A stretch of 56,609 bases of DNA, counting the filler, from Sphacelaria rigidula (taxonomy: Eukaryota), in the NCBI GenBank assembly GCA_964200075.2. It is 6 parts of 6 records of this genome, joined end to end, with 100 filler letters (N's around TTAATTAATTAA, not from the genome) between each part and the next. Parts side by side here need not be neighbours in the genome. Positions count along the whole stretch, not along the records: positions 28,357 to 37,707 come from CAXNAA020008696.1; positions 37,808 to 47,158 come from CAXNAA020008697.1; positions 47,259 to 56,609 come from CAXNAA020008698.1; 3 more parts are not named here. One strand, written 5' to 3'. A model generated the notes under the pieces. It worked only from the letters and a program-made list of their open reading frames with translations. It ran no database searches and had not been told where the DNA came from. Positions within the stretch are counted from its first letter, which is position 1, and each line of letters begins with the position of its first letter. Positions 36,433 to 47,460 of this stretch are shown piece by piece. Position numbers and translations under genes: made by a program.

Positions 36433-37100
36433 TCGAAGTGAGCACCTGATAGCCCTCACATCCCAAGCCACACAATGGTACCGTTTATTTGCACTTTCAG
36501 GGGATTGTTTCTGCTCCAGCCTCCAGGCTAATCACAGTCCAAGATGAGCTCAAAATCAACAAGTACTTGGCTGTAGAATATCAACACACTCACGAATCTC
36601 GCCAAATCATCGCATTTGACCGCGGGTCTGGACATTTCTGTCATATTCCCTCGCGTAAGTCGCAAACTGCGACCAGGGTGATCTCACAGAGAATGTAAGG
36701 GTGATGAGACCACCAACAGAATAGGTATATTGCCACAAACTTTTTGACTGTGTGTTGTATTATGTAGGGTATGAAAGGGTGGAGTTTATCGCGAAAATTC
36801 GTTGCGAAAATCTACCCCTTGCAACAAAAATGGGAAAACATGCCCAACACCAAGCTCGACAGAGGGCGCACCACACCAGAGAGCAATGGTTTCGTCAGTC
36901 TGATCCTCGCACCTGTGATTGCAAAATAAGGGGCCTATAGTACATGACAGAGGCTGGCGAGCGTATCTGCATGGCAAGGAAATCCAGATTAGATGAGGTG
37001 GTTGCCGTGCAAAAACGGAATAGAAGCGCTTTCATTGTCCACGTGGATGGGGTCCCGCAGTCAGGCAGCACGAGGAGGAGCAAAGTTTCATTATGCTCAC

Positions 37101-37182
37101 CAGTTCCTTCTCTTCATCTGTGAAGTTGAGCATCCTTGCCATGAGCTCCAGCACTTGCCTGTTGTGCTTGGATCCCACATAC
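37101..37182 (-). CDS. Internal exon encoding a GRAB (GRIP-related Arf-binding) domain of a GMAP-210/TRIP11/Rud3/GC3-type golgin
   Basis: The exon is bounded by TTGCAG| and |GTGAGC. It encodes YVGSKHNRQVLELMARMLNFTDEEKEL, resembling the GRAB core Y......VL.LM.RML.F..E.K. Neighbouring exons were not identified. Confidence 0.7.
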
Positions 37183-37707
37183 CTGCAACCGTTTGTTCGA
37201 CAGAAAGCATACATGAAGGGAACCACGAGTGGAACGCGAGACCAACCAGTCAAGCTTCTCCCACGAACGCAACGGTAAGACTAGGGGACGCGTAATCTTG
37301 GCGTGGAGATGTGCTGCCGATATCTGTAATCAAAGCTTCCCATGCCTTGTATGCCTCAACAACGGACACTACCGGCATTGAATGCATCTTTTGCTGGTGC
37401 ACAGCCCTCTATTCTGAATTCAGTTCCTCACGTTCAAAGTAGGGTCAGTGGTAATCTCTTCGTAATTGGCAGCTTTTGGGGTTCTTTCGCTTGCCACCGC
37501 TCATCATATTCACGATCTGAAAATGCTAGTATCCGCTCCACATTCCAAGAAAAAAAGAATCGGTATTAACCCTTTCGGGGGGGGACTAAAGTGCTGATTT
37601 TTGTTTTGTGAATCTTTGTGAATCGGCATGATTTTGACTTGAAAATGACTGAAAATGATAAAAAAAAAAAAAAACAAAAATCAGCACTCCCTGGGGGTCT
37701 AGTTCCC

Positions 37708-37807
37708 NNNNNNNNNNNNNNNNNNNNNNNNNNNNNNNNNNNNNNNNNNNNTTAATTAATTAANNNNNNNNNNNNNNNNNNNNNNNNNNNNNNNNNNNNN
37801 NNNNNNN
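37708..37807. other. Artificial contig spacer
   Basis: 44 N + TTAATTAATTAA + 44 N. Confidence 0.98.
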
Positions 37808-40142
37808 CTCCGGGTTCTCATCCTCAATCAAAAGCACCATCCTCAACATAGATGATTGGCTGTTATTATAAGAAGCGGCCTGAGAGGGGCAAACTGTTCA
37901 TGTTACAAAACAACCTTTTTATTCAGAGTTCAGAGCCTAAGATAAATAATACGTGGAAAAGGAGAGTAAGGAGGTGAAGCCTCCTACGAGCACCCCGTGC
38001 AGGTTACTATGTACATCGTATATCCTGATCCTTCCCTGCCGCGTGCTCACTGGGTTCGGTAACACCAACGAGTCAGAGCGTCGCCACTTTGGGCGAATGT
38101 TTGCGGGGTTGATAGATTCATGCTATCAGACGCGTGACATGACTGCGCATGTTTTAGCGATTGTATGACAACACTACGGATCAAAGGGGGAGGAGGCAGG
38201 CCGAGAAGGAAAATCGATCTATGAAGGTTAGAAATCACCGGGTAGTTGGGGTAGGTCAAGGACTACTTGAATCCAGCATGAAAGGCCGCTGCATGCCGTA
38301 CAGGCTGACGGTGTTATGCTTACGGCACAAGTTGCGCCGACTCAATCCTGTTCGGATCGGGTTGATGGCGATGCTGCTCACCACGCAAGGGGAAGGCTTT
38401 CTGAGGTGAAGTACCCAGAAATTGCTCTATTCTGCAGCTCCACCATCTGCACATTTCACTGCTTAAAAGTGGATGTATGAATTGATTTACTCAGAAGATC
38501 ATACCTGCATGAACACGATGATGATTCGGACACATTATCACAAGTGGTTGGGCAACACCCAGGTGCCAGATTCTGACCGGCGAAAGAAGCTTCGTTTTAT
38601 GTACCGTACGTTCATGTTCTCCAAGTCCGCGCTATTCCCTTGTCTGGAGTTCCGAGCGCTTCAGAGTGCCGCTGAATCGTAAAGGTATTGCCGGGGTCAT
38701 TGATGTATACGTTGCGGGAGTTTGATGTTGAATTGCATTCTGAGTAGTAGTTATGGTGCGATGCCAACCGATGGCACAAGTTTCCAAAATTTCACGTGAG
38801 AACAGGTGACGGTAAAGTGCAGTGAAGTTGCTTCTCAATCACAATGCTGTATGACCTGGGTCAGCTTGCAGACGATCGTGGTGCTTCAGTAGCTTTGTAC
38901 GGCCCGTTTTAAGAGTTCGAAGCTGGAATTTTGACATAAGGTTTGTATAACCAAGACGCAATAACGGGCCGCGGCAGCAAAAAAAAAAAGACAGCAACTT
39001 ACAGCCAGTTCAATATTCTGGCCAATTCAAAATAAAGAGAGTTTCGGAAAACGATTTTCTATCATTTCATCAGAGTGCGAACATCTCAGGATCAGAGTGT
39101 GCAATATATATGTATATATATTTATCGTAAAAAATAAGGAGATGACACATTTGACGGGGGGGGGGGGGATCTTGCGTTACACTCTGACTCTGAGATATTT
39201 GCACTCTGAAACGGCACAAAAGCGTTTTCCGAAACTCTCGAAAATCATGATATAATATACACTTCGCAGTACATGGGTAACAAGAAAGGCGATACGTTTT
39301 TGCTTGTTGACGTATAGGGCTTACGTGAAAAATAAATAATAATAAGCTCAAAACTCCTCAAATTGGGTGGTCAATTCCACTTTCTGCGTAACACCGTTGC
39401 ACTCTGTTGTCTAGCTGGAATAAGAGACGTCCACAAGGGCGGAATGCCATGAGGTCGTATCACTTCAGCTACCTTTTTTTTCCATTACAGATCATGCGTA
39501 AGCAGGTTGGTCTGCGCTACACAGCGATATGTTTACATCCGGCTAATTCGTTGAACTCGAAAAGTTATCGATGGCTAGAGAATCGTCCGTTTTTACGCTG
39601 ACTCAGCTCATACTCGCGCCGAAATATCCACGACACCCCCCAGTCGGTACGGCGGTCCAGAAAACATGCGGACAGAGCGTTGATCGTACAGTATGACAGT
39701 AGAGTACAGGACAGTACCTCGTAGTACGACGTATGCTTCATGGCATGGGTACCGTGATTTTTGTACAGGTTGACAGGCAGTGGTAGCATGTTCAGCGTTT
39801 TAATTTCTCTCTAGCATTCTATTTCTTTTATACTGTTGTACCGACCATACATGAGATTGACTGGCTAGTCATGCACAAGTGCACGAAAATATCATGATGA
39901 AGATGCTGTAAATCGCCCACGGATTATAATAGAGTCGAACGCGGACAACGATACAGCAGGCAACACCCAACAACTGGTGGCAGTTGGAACTACGGCTTAC
40001 GGAATACATCTTTGCGGAATGCATGGGTGCCGCTGAGCTGCAAGACTCGCTTGCCGTTACTGTTGTAGATATTCTAAACTTGATGGCAGTATGTACCATG
40101 TACTTGCATCAGGTCTCTCACGTCTACTTTTGAAGGATTCGT

Positions 40143-43100
40143 ATGAAAAGTCAACGCCTACTAGCTCAAACCGCTTTTCACCTCCAGCCCTCCTTGTTCG
40201 GTGTCTTCCCAACTTTACCAACCAGTTCTCCAGCATCCCGGTGGTCGTTCACACGGATTCCCTCGCAAGCGAGATGCACCGCTATCGTGAAGCGAGTGAC
40301 TGTTTCCGGTGGCGACATCCCGGGGAAAGACGAAAATAGGGTTGCCGCTGCCGCAGAACCAACAGCAACGGCAGGGGCAGCTGCGGCCACAACACCCACG
40401 CTTGATGCGACGTTGCGACGGGATACATCTGCCACTAAAACGGCTGCCATTGACCAAAACGTGAAGGACGGAGCGAAAACGTCGAAAGTGATGGTACAGC
40501 AGAATCCTGTTCCAACGAGTGAAGCTCGTCCTGCGAAGGCGTCTGCTGCTGCCGCAATTTTCTCGGGAAAGAGGGGGGTGTCTGGCGCGGATGGCAAGGT
40601 GGTGGAGAAAACACCGGCGGTCTCTGCTGCCACGAAGAAGAGTAGTCGTGCTACACCGGAGTCATCGGCTGCCGAAAAGGTGCGCTGAATCTTTTTCATA
40701 ATGCGGAGGTAAAGATGTTGACGACGTGCTTTGCTACCGCGCAGACGCTTGGGCGTAGTGACAGCGTGCGAGTTTTTTTCATTACAGAAATTTTACACGT
40801 CCGGTTGAGATTAATGTCGTCTAGATATTCGCGGTACACATGCAGCAGAAACGACTCGCAAAATGTTATGCAGCGGTAGAACGGTGTAAAACGCAAAGCT
40901 AGGAACACGTATTGCAACTGTATGAAATACGGCATATGCCTAACCCACGCGCCCAGGTCCTTACCCTGCTGGAGCTTGGACTAGTGGACAAGGAGGACAT
41001 GACCGCCTACTACGAAGCGCTAGCAAACCTCGAGCGCACCACGAAGGAGGTAACAGAAGCAACGACCCTATCCACGAAAATTTCTACCAGCACTGCAATA
41101 CCCCCAGGGTCGCTCCTCGGGCAGGCAGACCCAGCTAGTCTCGTGCCGTTCCCGGTGATCTGTGCTGCACTTGGCGCCGCTGGTATGCACTCCCTCCAGC
41201 TGGCGGGTACTGCAGACACGATAGCATCAGTTTGCGGTGGTGCTGCTGGCGCGGCGGTGGGTGCGATTGTTGCGATCGGGAATGATCCTGTGGGTGAGTT
41301 CGCTCGTGCGGCAGGCGCTGCCATTGCTCGCTTGGTTGGATCGGCGGGAGGATGGGCGGGCAAGGAGGTAAGTAGCCGAACGGTATGCATGTGTGATGCT
41401 GAGGGTGCATACGCACAAAAGGCGGCCCCATTCTCGCTCGTTCCAATGGAGAAATGCTTGGCAAGGGCAAGTTTGACTTGTCCGTAAAATGCAGTTTGTC
41501 GATGAGGATGGAAGTCTGAAAATGCAGTCCCGTTCTTGCCGCCAAACCCGAGTTGTTACACGCGTACTGTCTATCTCAGGTGTCTGCGTCCGCAGCAGGG
41601 ATTGCAGAAGCAGCTGCCACTGCGGCTGAAGATGCTTTGATCAAGGCACCAGCTAACGCCGTGGGAGCGGTGGGGAACTCCATCGCCGAGACTGTATCGT
41701 CGAGTGTGACTTACGTAGTCGGGTTACCAGGCCAGTTTGTGCGCAATGTTTTCGAAGGAGCCAAGGATGTAGTGCTCAGCACGTCCGAAGCTGCGGTGAA
41801 GTTACCTGGTGGCTTGGCAAAAAAGGCGGCAAATGCAGCTGGGGAGGCAATTCAGAGTACCTCTGAGGTTGCTGTTTCTGCAGTGAAGGAAAGCCCCAGA
41901 GAGGCCACCAAGAAGCTACAAGAAGTGAGCCTCGAGTATTGTGTTTGTGGTTGTCTCTGCTTCCGGGGGGTGGGATTGAACAAAGCATACCCTGGGCGTG
42001 AGATTGTTTCCCACCATGTCGTATGCGAGTGGGAATCTTCCGAATGTAGGATAGGGCATTCTATGACGAACGAAGGAACCAATGGCGATGAGTCACATAG
42101 CTGCGTTGAGTATACGATGGAAGAAGTTTGAAAAAATCCGACTCTTGCGAGGCGAAGCATGCACGAGCATCCCACCCACCTTGCCAAACACTAACTGAAG
42201 AATCGCGCGGGCACCCGCTGAACGAGTCAGGTGGTGAACGTGGTTTCTTTGCCCAAAAAAGTCCTTGAAGCCGCGACCAATCTGTTTGGTGAAGCTTCTC
42301 CGGCCAAGGGTGGACAGACTGCGGCGGGAGCGCCTAATATAGGGAAGAAAGTGAGTTTCAGCGATCCAGTCGTGGCCGGCTCATCTGGACTTGAGGTTTC
42401 CCAGAGGCTACAAATGTACTACAGTACATCGCCCGTTAGCATTTGTTCTTCGCTTGTCTTGGTATTATGTGGGTGTCCATGCCCTCTCCCAGTGTTGCCA
42501 CCGATAGCTTTTTTGCATTTGGATAGGAGTAAACGCGTACTGCGCGAATATCAGAGTCAGACGTTTCACCAGCATCTCGAAGAACACATGCAGTGCCGAC
42601 ACAAAAGCCAGCTTCAGTGCGGTGTTCTGCGATAGTTTCGCAGGGGCGCTTGCAGTTTGTACTATGGCGCATTGTGGCGCACTCAATGCCCTCGCGACAA
42701 GCGCAATGGTGCCTACCCCGTCTCTGTAGCATGCATGCAACTTGTACCGATGGTGTGCAACGGCGTCTCGCTCGACATCAATAGGTGGGACCCACTGTTC
42801 CAAATATGGCAGCAGACAACGAGGATAAGGTGGGAGAGGAAGACGAGTCGGAACGGATAGCTGTGGAGGAGTTGGAAGCAAAAATGTCATCTGTCCAAGA
42901 GGCTCTGGAACGTTTCGATGCTGTCAAGGTGCGTTCCGTGATTTATACGTCGGAGTTCTTCGATTCGTGCTGGTGGGAGTAACGGTGCTTGCGATCTGTG
43001 TCCACATGGTGTGTTCTGGTAACCTAGCATTGTACGTTTCCTATGCTTTGCCCAGTGTACTCTCCCAAGCTTGACCATCGGAGACTCCGTAGGCAGACCG

Positions 43101-44465
43101 TTTTTGGTCTCGTCGATACCCTATTAACCTTGGTGGCGAACTTGTGGGGACGCGCAATTACTCTACTCTGTGAGAGAAGGGTGGTCGAGGCGCGAAATTC
43201 CTATATTAGTTGAGCGTATGTGCCAATCGCCTTCCTTTTCCCTCACAGAGTCGTATCGAGGATACACGAAACTCGGAAATGCTACGGGAGACGATGAGCA
43301 TGACTCGCAATTCCGATCCAAGTGTTGTCAAGAGAGAGGGCGAAGTTTTGCGCGCGGATCGGGAGGACGGATGTGACAGCCCCGTGGTAGACGGAGCCAC
43401 GCTGCCGCCACGGTAAGCATTTCGAAATTGAGATTGCGTTTGCTTCCAGTGATGATACCCCTTCACACCCTCACACCGATGAAGAAGTCACCCTGTTATC
43501 GTCTCACAGTGACCCGCCACGGGTTCAGGTTACATTTCATGAACTGAAGCGTTTGCGGCCTTTTGCATAGCTGGAGAGCTCCAAACGCCTGACTGGCGTG
43601 GTAATTGTACCTCGCCTACACAATGGCTTTATCGCTGGAGCATAGGCCGTAGTTGGCACATCTACGCATACCGGCTTGCCGCGTATACCTTATCTAGTTT
43701 GGCTGCAACAGCACGAGTTGACTCTTTGCTTCCTTCCCCGCACCATCGTCGCCGATTATGCAGCGTCGGTGCCTTGACGTGAAAGTACAATGTTGAAACA
43801 CGATTTTCCCCACCAGGAAAGAGCGGTAACCTACTACATACAGTATGAAGAAACCATAGTTGAGGTCGTTTTGGGCAGTGCTTCAAGTTACCGCACCAGG
43901 TTTGTCGCCTGGGGTGATGAGATTTCAAGCACGGTTAATCTGCAAACAACGCCCCGCACTGTCAAGATACTCCTTTGCCCGGAAGATCTCGACAAGGTAT
44001 TTTCAAGGGCACAACTGTCGGCGGCGTGGCTACCGCAGGTTCCGAGAATGTCTAGGTGATGGACACCATCACCGGCGATAAACAGCCTAGACTATAATAG
44101 CTGCAATGAGTTGCAGGCCACAGCACCCAAGGATTGGGCATTTTGATGTGCTTGCAGCTGTGTGTATGCTACTGACTTCCCCCACCATTTGTCGATTCAG
44201 GGCACCATCACGGCCAGCAACAAGCGAATCCAAGTCTGCCCGAAAACCCGAGAGCCAGAAATACATGGATCAAGATCGAAGGAAGCAACTAGCAGACGAA
44301 TTGCTGGGGCAAGCGTCGCTCAGAGTAAGGGAAGCCAAAGCAAATTTGAAGACGGCGGCGGCCGTTGCACGACGAAAGGCTGCTGAGAGTGCTGATGATG
44401 CTGCTGGTGCAACTGTTGCGGCTCCCGCCCGCGCAGGAGTGGCGCAAGCAACACCTGTGGAGTGA
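40143..44465 (+). CDS. Uncharacterised Ala-rich protein of about 676 aa (7 exons) with a glycine-zipper hydrophobic segment and amphipathic helical repeats
   Basis: Exons 40143-40679, 40957-41367, 41580-41924, 42231-42395, 42785-42928, 43249-43412 and 44201-44465. All junctions are GT/AG and phase-consistent (0,0,0,0,0,2), ending at TGA 44463-44465. The start codon is the least certain part. Confidence 0.75.
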
Positions 44466-47158
44466 GTAATGTAGCGGTCTGGAGTAACGACCGTCTTGGT
44501 GGAGATATGAGATGAGGGTATCAGGTGGCTCTGGCGGTGGCTCCCATTCTGGCTTGCAGTGGTCTGACGATTTTTGTAATTCGACGCGCTTGGAATCGAT
44601 ATGCTTGGTGTTTAATCTCGTGTCTCAACAAGCGATTTATCTGTTCATGCCGGGACATTTGTATCTTCGATGCCCACGTGGTAGCGCTCCCAGCGAATTG
44701 ATACCCGTCTGCCTGGTAAAGCGCCGCGGAGTACGTGATGTTCAGGCGGTGAATATTTGCCCCCTGCATGAACGGTGGCTCGTTTGTGTGCCAGAGATGA
44801 AGCACGAGTGTAATGAAGCTTGGCAATTTTTCTCGTCCGGGGGTAGTTGAACGGGCGGTATTGTCACATAGTAATCGTACCAAAAAAAGGAAAACTCTCG
44901 GTTCTATTATTGGTCAAATGTTACCTGTACGGTCACACAACGAACGCGAACGTAGTTCGATGCCAAGAGCAGGCTTTCCAAGCGGCAGCGGTGGGCAAGG
45001 CGTGGAGTTTACCAAGTAGATGAGGGATCACGTGTATGGTCATATGTCGGCTAGTCTTGAGTTGTAATGTATATATTGTGAACGGTCATCGAAACTTCTT
45101 GTGGGAAGGCACTAGAGTTTGGGTGGGCGAGTGCGTTATACTCCCCTTGAAATGCTGAGAAGAACCCCTGGGGTTATACGATTACATCTCGTGCGCAAGG
45201 GGTGGAGCACGTGTTGAGTCGTTTCTGACAACGCCCATTTTTCATTCCTCGGATCAACGTCACCAATCGTCATCGTGCCCACAAACGCAACACGCGAACT
45301 TCTCGCCACCAGAAGCTGGACACTCGCGTGGGTTCGATGCGTACCCTTGCTGTATCGTTGCGATTCCATTCCCTGAGGTACAACACCCGTCACGGCGTAC
45401 ACCAGGAGGGGGGCACTGGTGCATATTTTCCACGTTTTATAGGATCAAAAAGTCGTCCACAACTTGAACAACGTGCGTACAGCCTGAATCGGTTCGCATA
45501 GCGGATGTCCCAGGGTGTAGGCGGGCTTACAGTGGTCACACAACGTGACAGCGCGTGTGTTGTTCACAACGCCATTCGCGTTGTATGCACGTCCCATGGC
45601 CTAGGAACGCTATAACATGCGGATGACGAGTGCCGGCGACCACCCATGGCAGACACCAAACGTAGTGCACTTCTTCGAGGCGCAGCCACGCGAATACCAC
45701 GGGGATTATACTTGAGTGCTTTCTCTAAAACTCATGTCCCGACTCAGGTGCGGCCACACTAGCTGCGCGCAAATCCGATTCGCTACATCATTTTCCAACT
45801 GCACTTGATCGAATCAGCGGTCTCATATTGCTTCTTCTGTGAATCAATCGTACTTCGATGTACTTCGTACGTACGTGATCAGTATGAGATGAACAAATAC
45901 TGCAGGCACCAGATGTTGACTTTCATACGTGTGCTCTCGTAGCTGTGTTGATGCAAGCTCGTACCGAATTGTGACTGAGACACAAACCTCACCTCGACTA
46001 GTTCCTTCTCCACCCATGTTGTGTGAACTATGGGATAACCCTTTCACCACCGGCAGTGGTCCACATGTGGAATCGGCATCACTTTCACTTTTTTCACAAA
46101 TACACCACCTCCAGCGGTCAGGGTGAAGCAAGGTATCATGAGAATGTGACAGCAGCGACGATGACGCACGATCCTCCTACTCACGTAAACCTTGCAAATC
46201 GCGCATGCGAGCTGTAGATTTGCCTCACGACTGCTTCCGACGAGGCGTTGACTAGCGTTTGAAAACAAACAAACCTCCCTTCTCCCCGCAAGTTCCCAAA
46301 CCACAACAGTAACATTACCGAAACTCGTGAACAAGCGCAGAATTTTCGGAGGCCGACACCCAACGTAGCCGCGTAGCAGCAGGTGTCCTTGTTTGGTCGT
46401 AGACACTGAACTGAAATCAAGCACATGAACTACTGTAACACCCCCTCAATAAAAACGATCGAGTAGTTGTACCCTCGACATTAGAGTCACGGCGTTAGTT
46501 CACTCCACACTAAAATCAAGTAGTTACTACAAGCAACAATATACTCGGATATCTTGTCCAGAGATGTCACACTAGATTCAAGTAGTTAGCACGGAGGATG
46601 TGCCCCGCAATGTACCAACGCCCTTGCTGCAACCCTGCCCCCCTTTCGTTTTTCGAACTTCCGAATGTTTCGAGGTGACTTGTTCATTCTTTCCAAGTGG
46701 ACCTATATACCCTTTTGGCACCACGTATTTTCTCATGCCCCATCCATTGACCGTACCAAATTGGAAAGTCCAACTCTCAAAATTGAGGCGAGGTGGGGCG
46801 ATTTAGAAAGCCGGCCGGGCGAAAGTCTGAACAATATTCCCCACGCCATTTACCAGCCCAGGTTTGGCACTTGTGTTTTTGAAACTTTGTGTGGGACCTC
46901 ACTGGGCCATAATAGACCACAGAAAGTCGGAAATGTTGACTTTTATCATTTCCCCACTGGATTAGGACGTTGTAATATAGTGAAGATCATATTTTCACGA
47001 GAACGCCCATACCTCTCAAAACAAAAAAATAGAGGCCATTTTTTTTTCTTCGGCATGCCTGACACTTTCGACGATAGCCCCCCCCCCCCCCCCCCCGCCA
47101 CCCATATTCCCTCCCAAAAAAAAAACCCACACATAACCTTAAATAAACCAACACCGAA

Positions 47159-47258
47159 NNNNNNNNNNNNNNNNNNNNNNNNNNNNNNNNNNNNNNNNNN
47201 NNTTAATTAATTAANNNNNNNNNNNNNNNNNNNNNNNNNNNNNNNNNNNNNNNNNNNN
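47159..47258. other. Artificial contig spacer
   Basis: 44 N + TTAATTAATTAA + 44 N. Confidence 0.98.
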
Positions 47259-47264
47259 CGCGGA

Positions 47265-47460
47265 ATGGGTCAGCACTCCCGCACCGCGCCAACTCACGTC
47301 ACACAAACCCAGTCGAATATTTTGTTTACTCACGTTCTCACGCTTTCCACGGTGCAAATCACACATTACCAAGAAATAGCCCAACGCATCGGGAATCGAA
47401 CCCCCCGTTCTCTCCACCCTCATGGCGACAGTCGGATCATTACACCACCGGGGCGCGGCA
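47265..47460 (-). mobile_element. tRNA-derived SINE-like repeat, family 2, abutting or interrupting the Gypsy 3' LTR
   Basis: Minus-strand head GCCCCGGTGGTGTAATGATCC (A-box-like) and GGTTCGATTCCC (B-box). Homologous to 2237-2445. Confidence 0.6.

Noticed and set aside
43790..44059. Extra exon of the contig-5 gene
   Set aside because: Its open frame at the obvious acceptor is phase 0, incompatible with the phase-2 junction that already joins 43412 to 44201.
2772..44465. Functional cluster of flippase, golgin and lipid-binding-like genes
   Set aside because: The genes lie on different, artificially joined contigs.
45230..45720. Cys-rich PHD-finger-like fragments on the minus strand (LCDHC, CCVC)
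   Set aside because: The motifs are incomplete, separated by stops and not in PHD order.
9354..47258. TTAATTAATTAA recurring every 9.45 kb as a biological periodic signal
   Set aside because: It is centred in fixed-length N runs and is an assembly linker.
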